Assembly: GCA_964597035.1 (NCBI GenBank)
Contig: CAZQWM010000008.1
Span: 12,679 to 76,678, forward strand
Length of the DNA: 64,000 nucleotides
DNA from: an uncultured Pirellulales bacterium
GTDB lineage: Bacteria > Planctomycetota > Phycisphaerae > Sedimentisphaerales > Anaerobacaceae
Direction: 5' to 3'
Both the position numbers and the translations under genes were made by a program. The number at the start of each line of letters is the position of its first letter. The first letter of the stretch is position 1. Shown here in pieces: positions 44,764-53,017 of the stretch. Below the pieces are notes generated by a model. It was not told where the DNA came from, did no database searches, and saw only the letters and a program-made list of their open reading frames with translations.

Positions 44764-45033
44764 TCAGTGCCCGATGTTCTGGATATACGCGAAAATCTCA
44801 TTGGTGAAACGCAGTGCTACTTCGAGCATCCAGCCGCCCGCCAGCAGAGCCACGACGCCCACTGCCAGAAGTTTCGGAACTATGGTCAGCGTCATATCGC
44901 GGATACTGGTTACCGCCTGGAGCAGCGTCACGGTTACACCGACTATGATACACGCCAACAGAAGGGGAGCCGACAATAGCAGGGCGGTCTCGAGTGTGTG
45001 CCGACCCAAATGCAAAGCAAAACTTCCGTCCAT
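44764..45033 (-). CDS. fliQ: flagellar export apparatus protein FliQ
   Basis: 89 aa; LLLSAPLLLACIIVGVTVTLLQAVTSIRDMTLTIVPKLLAVGVV is the FliQ signature. Confidence 0.95.
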   Translation of the reverse strand: MDGSFALHLGRHTLETALLLSAPLLLACIIVGVTVTLLQAVTSIRDMTLTIVPKLLAVGVVALLAGGWMLEVALRFTNEIFAYIQNIGH

Positions 45034-45052
45034 CTTTAATCTCCGATGAGCG

Positions 45053-45886
45053 TTATCTGAAGCTCAAACTCAGGCTTTTCGCCAGCAGCCCCCAGCCGTC
45101 GACGAGTATGAACAACATCAGCTTTATAGGCAGGGAAATCATAACCGGCGGAAGCAGCATCATACCGGCACTGAGCAGAACCCCTGCGATAACAATATCA
45201 ATCAGCAAAAATGGAATAAAAAGCAGGCATCCTATCTCGAACGCCGTGCGAAATTCGCTGATGATAAATGCCGGTATCACGATATGAAGTCCCAGCTCCG
45301 TCGGGCTGCTCGGCCGCTCAATCTTCGCCATCTGCACGAATAATGCCAGGTCTGCCTGTCTGCTCTGCCTGAGCATGAATTCCTTTATGCAGTCGCCTGA
45401 CTTCTCTGCTGCCGTCTGGAAACTTATCTGGTCCGCAAGGTATGGCTTGATTGCTGCGACATTTATTTGTGTCAAAGTCGGCGTCATCGTGTAAAGCGTC
45501 AAAAACAAGGCCAGCCCCATAATCGCGATATTCGGCGGAATCGTCTGCGTTGAAAGCGCCCGCCGCACAAACGCCAGCACAATCACTATTCTCGTAAAAG
45601 ATGTCATCATCACCAGCAGCGTCGGAAGTATCGCAAGACCGGTAAAAATGATTACCAGTTTAACCGGTGTTGACCAGTCTTTGCTTTTGTCCTGCGTCGC
45701 CTTTTCAAATGTTTTCATCAGCTCGTCGATACTTGGAACCGCGTTTGATGGACTGCCTGAGGTTTGTGTTATGCCTGTTTGCAACGCTGGCAAAACCGCG
45801 AATGTTGTGCTCGGTGCCTGTCCGGATGCAGAAGGACTGTGCATCAGGAAAATCACAGCCAATAGTAACAGGTGTTTGGCTCTCAT
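45053..45886 (-). CDS. fliP: flagellar export apparatus protein FliP
   Basis: [34 protein letters not shown] and [41 protein letters not shown]-type motifs, with a long N-terminal signal region. Confidence 0.95.
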   Translation of the reverse strand: [277 protein letters not shown]

Positions 45887-46377
45887 TCGTCCGGCGCGCT
45901 CCTTGCCTCTAACTCGGCCGCGAAGTCCGCCTCCGGCTCCGTAACGTCAGCTAACATCGTAACCGTATCGTTGGTGCTGCCTATCAGCAGGCGCCGATTG
46001 CCTACCTGAATCAGGTGTATACCCTTGCGAGGCGCGATATACGCCGTCTCCATAACGCGTATCTGTTTTCCCGGCATATTCACAAACCGAGGCAGCAGCT
46101 TCTTCGAAACGTATACCGCCGCAATAGCCAAAACAATCACCAGCGATACCGACAGCAGCATCTTGTAGAACAATTCTCGCCTGCCGAAGGTACCGAACTG
46201 CCCGCTGTTGGGTGATGAGTCAGCTTCGTTAATCTGTTGTTCTTCCTGTTGCGGTTCCAAAGGTTCGATTTCCTGCTGGTTTGTCGTGGCAAATACACGG
46301 GCCGCGATTGGCAGTAGACCGCCCGCCAATATCAAACCGGCCAGCACCGCAGCAAGTTTTATTTTGCCTCTCGACAC
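45883..46377 (-). CDS. fliO: flagellar biosynthesis protein FliO
   Basis: A single TM segment followed by IRVMETAYIAPRKGIHLIQVGNRRLLIGSTNDTVTMLADV (FliO pattern). Its stop overlaps the fliP start. Confidence 0.72.
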   Translation of the reverse strand: MSRGKIKLAAVLAGLILAGGLLPIAARVFATTNQQEIEPLEPQQEEQQINEADSSPNSGQFGTFGRRELFYKMLLSVSLVIVLAIAAVYVSKKLLPRFVNMPGKQIRVMETAYIAPRKGIHLIQVGNRRLLIGSTNDTVTMLADVTEPEADFAAELEARSAPDE

Positions 46378-46416
46378 TTCAAAACCGCCAAACGAACCTT
46401 GTCTTGTTCAGATAAC

Positions 46417-46432
46417 TGCAAAAGATGTGCCC
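46417..46432 (-). promoter_or_regulatory. sigma54-type promoter variant (GGGCAC-N5-TTGCA)
   Basis: The reverse complement of 46417-46432 reads GGGCACATCTTTTGCA. It lies about 40 nt upstream of the fliO start, inside the 220-nt gap after motB'. Confidence 0.55.
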
Positions 46433-46598
46433 GAACGCCCCAAACGCCGCCAATGGCCTTTTTGGGCCAAAATAGCGGTTAGCCGCCTTGGCATTGCTGG
46501 GGGAAAATCAGACGCTTTGTTGAAAAACTTAACGCAGTCGGTATCTGCAATCACATATTCCTGCACGAACCGAAGTTCGCAGCAGGATACTCCTGGAT

Positions 46599-47327
46599 TT
46601 AGCTGTCATTTCTGAGAATTGCAATCAGCACCTGTGGCTGTGCTGAAACTGTTTTATCCCCGTCGGACCACGTGCTCCCCGGCCCGGTCCCCCAGGAATA
46701 CATCGACCATTTCCCCGTCCCGGGCAGATTCGCACGAAGAAAATCTTCAACCGCCTTGCCCCGCTTGGCTGACAAAGCCCATTCCTTATCCCGCGGCTGC
46801 CTGTTGCTGCCCACGCACATCACGCACAACCTCACCTCCTCCGGGCTTTGGTCCTGCTGCAGACCCGTGCAGAACTGCCGAAGGAATCGTTCGGATTGTT
46901 CGTTAATTGTAACCGCCTCGCCCGAAAACTGTATATCCGTCAGGACAAAATCAATCTTGCCGGCGGTTATCGGCGACGGCATGGCGGCTCCGTATGAAGC
47001 TATCTTCTTGACGTTCCGCCTCACCCTCTCGCTTCTCGCGTCTATCGTCCTGCCTTCGGTATCGTCCTCCGGGTCGCTTACCGAATAGTAGTAGTTGGGG
47101 CTTCCGCTGCCTAAGTTTCTTTTGCCCCCGAATCCCGCTTGGAAAGACTCAAGAAACGACCACCCGCCGCCTTCACCTTCATCCAGCAGCGTATCGTCGC
47201 GGACGTGTCCCATACTCACTAAGACCACGAAAAATGCCAGCAGCAAGGCGATTAACGTCGTGAATATGACAATATATGCCGGTGCCTTTGCGACTTCTTC
47301 TACTATTTGACGATGCTGCCGGCTCAT
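46599..47327 (-). CDS. MotB-like paralog lacking the conserved TM aspartate
   Basis: The N-terminal TM region PAYIVIFTTLIALLLAFFVVLVSM aligns with PEWMVTFSDCLTLLLTFFVLLMTF of the adjacent MotB, but has Thr where MotB has Asp. The C-terminus has a weak OmpA/MotB-like trace (ALSAKRGKAVEDFLRANL). Its start overlaps the motB stop (ATGA). Confidence 0.6.
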   Translation of the reverse strand: MSRQHRQIVEEVAKAPAYIVIFTTLIALLLAFFVVLVSMGHVRDDTLLDEGEGGGWSFLESFQAGFGGKRNLGSGSPNYYYSVSDPEDDTEGRTIDARSERVRRNVKKIASYGAAMPSPITAGKIDFVLTDIQFSGEAVTINEQSERFLRQFCTGLQQDQSPEEVRLCVMCVGSNRQPRDKEWALSAKRGKAVEDFLRANLPGTGKWSMYSWGTGPGSTWSDGDKTVSAQPQVLIAILRNDS

Positions 47328-48025
47328 TTGCTTACGTTTTCCCCTAATAGAACTATCTCTATTGTGTTTTCATCTGTCCGGCTGGCGCTATCCTGCCTGC
47401 TTGTCGAAAACGCTCCAGATGCGGCCACGCTCGCCGTTGATATACCGAATCTGCTCCGCTCCAGTCCGCCTTTGGTTGTTAAGTAATCCACCACTGCCAG
47501 CATCCGTGAAGGTCCAATCTGGTCGTCAGCCGGAGACCGTGCAGCCCTGTGTTCGCCTATAATCACGCCGTTGGGCACCTTGTTCAGGTAAGCCGCAAGA
47601 ACGTCCAGAATCTCCCGGCCCTGTGGAGACAATGTTGCTGCCCTCCCCGCAAAAATCTTGCTCGATGGTATCAGAAAAACTCTCGGCGCGTATGGGTCAC
47701 GAAAACCCGTTGTCTCTTTCAGCCAGCCGCCTGGCCCCTGTTCTAATGTCGCGTGCTCACTGCCTTCCAGGGCGCCCTCGACCGGGTCCCTCTTCATAAT
47801 AGTTGCAAGATTGTTGCGGTACATCTGGTCCGCCCACTTGAACCCGGGCATTACCCTGCGAAATGCGTTGCTCAACCCCGGTATGGTCTCAACCCCTATC
47901 GATGAAAACGTCATCAAAAGCACGAAAAATGTCAGAAGCAGCGTCAGGCAGTCGCTGAATGTAACCATCCACTCCGGTGCGCCTGATGTGTCGTCTGCCG
48001 GCGGTGGCTTCTTGTTAAATCCCAT
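47324..48025 (-). CDS. motB: flagellar stator protein MotB
   Basis: PEWMVTFSDCLTLLLTFFVLLMTFSS is the MotB plug/TM motif and includes the invariant Asp. The C-terminal part is short and OmpA-like (GPSRMLAVVDYLTTKGGLERSRF). Confidence 0.85.
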   Translation of the reverse strand: MGFNKKPPPADDTSGAPEWMVTFSDCLTLLLTFFVLLMTFSSIGVETIPGLSNAFRRVMPGFKWADQMYRNNLATIMKRDPVEGALEGSEHATLEQGPGGWLKETTGFRDPYAPRVFLIPSSKIFAGRAATLSPQGREILDVLAAYLNKVPNGVIIGEHRAARSPADDQIGPSRMLAVVDYLTTKGGLERSRFGISTASVAASGAFSTSRQDSASRTDENTIEIVLLGENVSK

Positions 48026-48795
48026 TACACGTTGGCCTTTACTTCTTTGCGTCTGCTCTGCGACACGAATACCTGCATCTTCTCGCGAACTATGGTGGGG
48101 CTTTCTCCCTCGGATACCGCGCAGATTCCCTCCACAATCATCTCCTTGGCCGTAACCTCCGCCTTGGAGTAAAGTCCCAGTTTGCCCGCCAACGGAATGA
48201 AAATCAGATTCGCCGACATCGCCCCATAGAACGTCGTAATCAATGCGACTGCCATTCCGGCCCCGATTGATTCCGGCGAGGTCATGTTACGCAGCATCTG
48301 AACCAGACCGATTAGCGTCCCTATCATTCCGAACGCCGGCGCCGCCGAACCCATAAACTCCAATATCTTCTTGCCCGTCGAATGCCTGTCCTGAAGGTAC
48401 TGGATTTCCATCGACATTATGTCCCTGATTGAATCGCCGTTCTGTCCGTCGACAAGCATTTGTAGTGCTCGACCTAAAAATGCGTCATTGGCCTTGGGAA
48501 TTTCCTGCTCTAAAGCAAGTGCGCCGTCACGCTTGTTGATGGCGGCGTAGTTGACCATAAGCTGAATCAGCTCCGACTGTGAGGGTATCTTGGTCACAAT
48601 CGTTTTCTTGATGACCGAGAATATCCCCACAAACTGCGGCAGCGAAAAGTGTATCATTGTCGCGCAGAGCATCCCGCCTATGGTGATTGCCATCGCGGGA
48701 TAATCGATGAATATCTTCCAGCTTCCGCCGGATAGTATTGCCCAGCCGATTAGTAAAAAACCGAAAATTACTCCTGCTATTGTTGTAGGGTCCAT
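48025..48795 (-). CDS. motA: flagellar stator protein MotA
   Basis: MotA/TolQ/ExbB family: AAPAFGMIGTLIGLVQML...AGMAVALITTFYGAMSANLIFIPLAGKL. The start is placed at the Met at 48795, 2 nt after the upstream stop. The longer ORF to 48978 would overlap the upstream gene. Confidence 0.92.
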   Translation of the reverse strand: MDPTTIAGVIFGFLLIGWAILSGGSWKIFIDYPAMAITIGGMLCATMIHFSLPQFVGIFSVIKKTIVTKIPSQSELIQLMVNYAAINKRDGALALEQEIPKANDAFLGRALQMLVDGQNGDSIRDIMSMEIQYLQDRHSTGKKILEFMGSAAPAFGMIGTLIGLVQMLRNMTSPESIGAGMAVALITTFYGAMSANLIFIPLAGKLGLYSKAEVTAKEMIVEGICAVSEGESPTIVREKMQVFVSQSRRKEVKANV

Positions 48796-48797
48796 AT

Positions 48798-49511
48798 CTA
48801 TTTCTGCTCTACTATTTCTTTTAGTCTCTGACAGAGAACTGCCGTCAGCTTCGGTTCCGTCGCAACCAGCTCTGCGAGAAGCTTCGCCTTGGTCCTCTCC
48901 GTCATATAGAATAAAATTTTCACGGCGTCGTCCATCGCTCCGCCACGCACTCTGCCGGTCTCCACTTGACTGGCACACATGTTACGTATAATTTTGCTTG
49001 CGCTGGCCGGGTCCATCTTGTCGTAGGTGGCCGCTATACTGGCCAGGTTCGCCTTTTCACTCTCTTCTATCTGCGTCCGTGTTTCCAGCAGTAGCTTTCT
49101 CTGCTCCTTAAGGTTCACCACCAGAGTTGCCAGCTCAACGCGTATCCCGTTCAGCTCGTCGATATCGTTCTTTAACGTCTCCTGGGTCATCTGGAGTCTC
49201 GCCTCGCGAACCTCCAGCCCTCTGACCTTGCCCTGGTAATCGTTTATCTTTTCACGCACCTCGTAAACGAGACTGTTGAGCCGTTTTTCACTAAGACCTT
49301 TTTTTGTTTCCCTCCTCTCGGTAATTTGCATATCCGCGGGGAAAACGGCGGTGCTTTCGACCGTTGGCTGTTCGGGCGTTTCAGTTTGTTGGGATGCAGC
49401 CGGCTCCGGCGGTGGCGGGGCGGGACCCAGGAGCATAAACGCCGCCGCAAATGTCACCCCGAAGCTCAAAAGTCCCGCTCCGGCCGCGATTATTATCTGT
49501 TTCTTGTTCAC
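48798..49511 (-). CDS. MgtE-N-like flagellar protein (YlxF/FlbB-type)
   Basis: N-terminal TM segment, a coiled coil, and a C-terminal ATYDKMDPASASKIIRNM...AVKILFYMTERTKAKLLAEL that resembles MgtE-N repeats. Its position after fliJ matches B. subtilis ylxF. Confidence 0.6.
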   Translation of the reverse strand: MNKKQIIIAAGAGLLSFGVTFAAAFMLLGPAPPPPEPAASQQTETPEQPTVESTAVFPADMQITERRETKKGLSEKRLNSLVYEVREKINDYQGKVRGLEVREARLQMTQETLKNDIDELNGIRVELATLVVNLKEQRKLLLETRTQIEESEKANLASIAATYDKMDPASASKIIRNMCASQVETGRVRGGAMDDAVKILFYMTERTKAKLLAELVATEPKLTAVLCQRLKEIVEQK

Positions 49512-49541
49512 TTTTAGTCTCCTGTCAAACGCCCGGACGTA

Positions 49542-50030
49542 TCAAATCACGCCGTCCTGCTCTTCTATACCGCCGTCTTTTTTGTCCCTGATACTCTCAC
49601 GCGCAAAACCTACGGTCGCCATCTCGTCAAGCTGCTTCTGTTCGAGTTTGTCCTGTGCTTCAATGAAGTCCTTCTTCGCCTGTTCTCTCAGGCGTTCGAG
49701 ACTCTCCTTGAATCGCCTGATTTTCATCACTTCGGCTATCTTGCTTCTCTGTTGTTGTTCGAGCTTCTCGACGCTCGCTTTGAGCTGCTTGATTCGTTCG
49801 TCCGTTGCCGCCGAATGCCGTAGAAAAAATTCCTGTTTGCCTAATCGGTGCATCGGGTCCTCATTGGCTATTCCATCGAGTATGTCCCGCAGGATTCTCT
49901 GCTGTGAAAGCAGCTCACCGCGTTTAGCCGTAAGTTTCTCTGTTATTGCAAAGAGCTCTTGGGTCTTAATCTGTTCCTGTTTCGTCCTTATATCGAGCAC
50001 ACGCTGCAGGCGCCATACGAATCGCCTCAT
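49542..50030 (-). CDS. fliJ: flagellar export protein FliJ
   Basis: 162-aa coiled coil starting RRFVWRLQRVLDIRTKQEQIKTQELFAI, immediately after fliI. Confidence 0.78.
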   Translation of the reverse strand: MRRFVWRLQRVLDIRTKQEQIKTQELFAITEKLTAKRGELLSQQRILRDILDGIANEDPMHRLGKQEFFLRHSAATDERIKQLKASVEKLEQQQRSKIAEVMKIRRFKESLERLREQAKKDFIEAQDKLEQKQLDEMATVGFARESIRDKKDGGIEEQDGVI

Positions 50031-50048
50031 CTAATTATTCCCTGAATT

Positions 50049-51404
50049 TTAATTACCGAGCAGCCGGTCCCAAGTCTCCGTTATGGCCTTCATCTGGCCG
50101 ACGGTCTCTCGCAGTTCGGTCCTCTGCCGAACCGGCTGCACTAAAAAATTCCTTATCTGGTCAATCAGGGCGATGGCCCCGTCGATTCTACGGTTGCTGC
50201 CCGGCGAAAATGCCCCGATGTTGATAAGGTCCTCGGCGTCGGCGTAAGTGGCGTATATCTCCCGCACTTTTTTCGCCGCCGTTTTGTGCTCCTTGCTCGT
50301 CACCACCGGCATCAGCCGGCTCACGCTTGCTAAAATATCCACCGCCGGAAAATATCCTCGCTCCGCCAGTTTTCTCGATAGCACTATGTGCCCGTCTAAC
50401 AAACTCCTTGCGCTGTCCGCCACGGGGTCCGTCAGGTCGTCGTTTTCCACTAAGACCGTCAGTATCCCCGTAATGCTGCCGTTCTCGGCACGCCCCAGAC
50501 GCTCCACCAGCCGAGGCATTAGTGAAAAAACGCTCGGGCAGTATCCTTTTGTTGCCGGCGGCTCGCCCGCGGCAAGCCCTATCTCTCGCTGGGCCTGTGC
50601 AAAACGCGTCAGTGAGTCCATCATAAATAGCACGTTCCTGCCGCGGTCTCTGAAATACTCGGCAACCGTTACTGCCACAAATGCCGCCTTGACCCGCTGA
50701 ATGGGCGGTGAATCCGACGTCGCCACTATGACCACGCTGCGGGACAATCCTTCCGGCCCAAGGTCATTGTCTAAAAATTCACGAACCTCCCGGCCACGCT
50801 CGCCTATCAGCGCCACCACGTTGACGTCGGCCTCGCTCGAGTTGGCGATGTCGCCTAACAAAACACTCTTGCCGACGCCGCTTCCCGAAAAAATCCCGAT
50901 ACGCTGACCCTTGCCGCACGTCAGCAGTCCGTCTATCGACCGGATACCCAGTGGAAGCGGCTCGCTTATCTTCGTGCGGCTCAATGGCGGCGGACTGCTC
51001 GTGTCAAGCGCCCGCTTGTCGGCTCCCTGCAGCGACCCTTTGCCGTCGATTGGTTCGCCAAGCCCGTTGATGACTCTGCCGAGAATGCCTTCGCTTAGCA
51101 TAATCGTTCGCGGAGTCGTTCTCGCCGTCACTGTGTCGCCGGGCGATATACCGTCTATGTGCGCGAGTGGCAGCAGAATCAAATGGTCTTTTTGAAAACC
51201 GACGACTTCCGCCAGAACACGCCTGCCGTCGCGAATATGAATACCGCACAGCTCACCAAGACCGACTATCGGGCCGTTCGATTCAACAGTCAGCCCGGAC
51301 ACCCTTACGACCGTGCCCTGGCAGTCCAGCAGATTGATTGTATCGAGCGCCGAATGAAGCCGGTCGAAATCTATCACAAACTCTTCTATGCCTTCAGGTG
51401 TCAT
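50049..51404 (-). CDS. fliI: flagellum-specific ATPase FliI
   Basis: Walker A GSGVGKSVLLG, Walker B VLFMMDSLTRFAQAQREI, and SITGILTVLVENDDLTDPVADSARSLLDGHIVLSR. Confidence 0.97.
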   Translation of the reverse strand: MTPEGIEEFVIDFDRLHSALDTINLLDCQGTVVRVSGLTVESNGPIVGLGELCGIHIRDGRRVLAEVVGFQKDHLILLPLAHIDGISPGDTVTARTTPRTIMLSEGILGRVINGLGEPIDGKGSLQGADKRALDTSSPPPLSRTKISEPLPLGIRSIDGLLTCGKGQRIGIFSGSGVGKSVLLGDIANSSEADVNVVALIGERGREVREFLDNDLGPEGLSRSVVIVATSDSPPIQRVKAAFVAVTVAEYFRDRGRNVLFMMDSLTRFAQAQREIGLAAGEPPATKGYCPSVFSLMPRLVERLGRAENGSITGILTVLVENDDLTDPVADSARSLLDGHIVLSRKLAERGYFPAVDILASVSRLMPVVTSKEHKTAAKKVREIYATYADAEDLINIGAFSPGSNRRIDGAIALIDQIRNFLVQPVRQRTELRETVGQMKAITETWDRLLGN

Positions 51405-51407
51405 TTT

Positions 51408-51959
51408 TCAAATCGCCTTGCCCAGCGCCCTGCTGACCTGTTCGAGATGTTCCTCTATCAGTGACTCTACCTTGCCTTTCGGCGTCTCGATTACGCACTG
51501 TGCCGGTCCTATCCCGGCGTCGGCAACGAATTTCACGCCGTCGAATGTCCCACTGTCCCCCTGGATTTGTTGTAACCGGCTCAGGTCCTGGGGATTCAGC
51601 CGAACAACAATATCCTGCCGAGTAGGTGAATTGTTCAGGGCTTCCTGGACTATCGTCTCTATCTTGTAGTCGCCCTCCTGGACCTTCTGTGCGAGTATCT
51701 TTCTCGCTATCTCAACTGCCAGTTTTGCTATCGCCTGTCTGTGCTCGACTATCATCCTGTTGCATACAACCTGTAATTTCTTCGCCGTTGCTTGGAGTGC
51801 CTGTATCGCCTGGGCATACTGTTGCTTTAGCGTCTCCGGCTCGACCGCTGTCCCGCCCTCGATATTGACCTCGAAAGATTGTGGCCCTTCGAGCGTCGAG
51901 TCAATTAGCTCCACTGAATCGACAGGCCCTGCCAGTTTTATAGTGGGTGTCCCCGACAT
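51408..51959 (-). CDS. fliH: flagellar assembly protein FliH
   Basis: 183 aa. LAVEIARKILAQKV...ETIVQEALN...VVRLNPQDL...AQCVIETPKGKVES fits the FliH C-terminal domain. It lies between fliG and fliI. Confidence 0.78.
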   Translation of the reverse strand: MSGTPTIKLAGPVDSVELIDSTLEGPQSFEVNIEGGTAVEPETLKQQYAQAIQALQATAKKLQVVCNRMIVEHRQAIAKLAVEIARKILAQKVQEGDYKIETIVQEALNNSPTRQDIVVRLNPQDLSRLQQIQGDSGTFDGVKFVADAGIGPAQCVIETPKGKVESLIEEHLEQVSRALGKAI

Positions 51960-51960
51960 A

Positions 51961-52977
51961 TCATTGTCCTTCTGCGAACATCAGTTCGCCCTTTATGTTC
52001 ATCTCGCGAAAGACCTTGACGATTTCTTCCCTTGCCGCCGCCATATCCTCTTTCTTCACGGTTCCCATAAGCGATGTCTCCTCGTCCACCATCGCGTTGG
52101 CTCGCTCCGATATGTTTGACCTGATTTTTTGCTTTATTGCTTCATCAGCATCACGCAGGGCAAGCGCCAGCCGGCCGGCTTCGATGCCCCGCAGCGCCTG
52201 CTGACAGGACCTGTCCGCGACAAGGGGAATGTCCTCCCAGATTATCATCAGTTCCGCCACGCTGTCGGCTGTGGCGGCGTCCTTTTCCCTGATTGAGCTG
52301 AGCAAGCCGTCCCGGAGTTCCTGGCCTAAGTTTCGCAGAATAACCGCCACCTTCCTCAGCGACTGTTCTCCCTGTGGCCCGGCTGCCGCTGCTGCGGCTC
52401 CTGTCAGTGCCTTCAAATGTGAATCGACCATTTTTGCTATGTGCAGTCTTGCCTCCCCGCCGACCGCCTCGCGAGTCGTCATTCGACTGATAACGCTCAG
52501 CCGGACGCCTTCGCCCAGCATACTCAGCACCGCCGAGCTTTTCTTGGCATCCAGTTCCGACAAAACCACTCCTATTGCCTGGGGATGCTCGTTCTCGAGC
52601 GCCTTGGCCAGCACCTCCGGGCCGACCGACCGTATCTGCATGAACGGGTCTCGCTTATGCAGCAGGTTGCTGATTTCCTTTTGAATCTGTTGTGCCTTCT
52701 CGAAGCCCACTGCGCTTTTGAGCATCTCCTCTAAAAACGTCTTGAAGTGGAAGGTATCGCTGCCTTTTACATGGGTGCAGAATTCCTTCGCAAGTTCAAG
52801 GCTCTCTTTGCTGTTGCGATAACCCGAAGCGTCGAGATACGCAAGTTCCAGCGCAAGTTCCTGAACCGATTGTGGGTCCATTCCCTTCAGCAGCTCTCCC
52901 GCCGTATTTGCATCCAGACCCATCAGCAGCATTGCCGCCTTTTGTTTGCCTTTGAATTGGACTATTGCTGTTGGCAT
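51961..52977 (-). CDS. fliG: flagellar motor switch protein FliG
   Basis: KAAMLLMGLDANTAGELLKGMDPQSVQEL, EHPQAIGVVLSEL, and the C-terminal LALALRDADEAIKQKIRSNISERA...REMNIKGEL. Confidence 0.95.
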   Translation of the reverse strand: MPTAIVQFKGKQKAAMLLMGLDANTAGELLKGMDPQSVQELALELAYLDASGYRNSKESLELAKEFCTHVKGSDTFHFKTFLEEMLKSAVGFEKAQQIQKEISNLLHKRDPFMQIRSVGPEVLAKALENEHPQAIGVVLSELDAKKSSAVLSMLGEGVRLSVISRMTTREAVGGEARLHIAKMVDSHLKALTGAAAAAAGPQGEQSLRKVAVILRNLGQELRDGLLSSIREKDAATADSVAELMIIWEDIPLVADRSCQQALRGIEAGRLALALRDADEAIKQKIRSNISERANAMVDEETSLMGTVKKEDMAAAREEIVKVFREMNIKGELMFAEGQ

Positions 52978-53017
52978 ATTGTTCAGTTGCTCCGCTGTCT
53001 ATAAATCTTCATTACGA

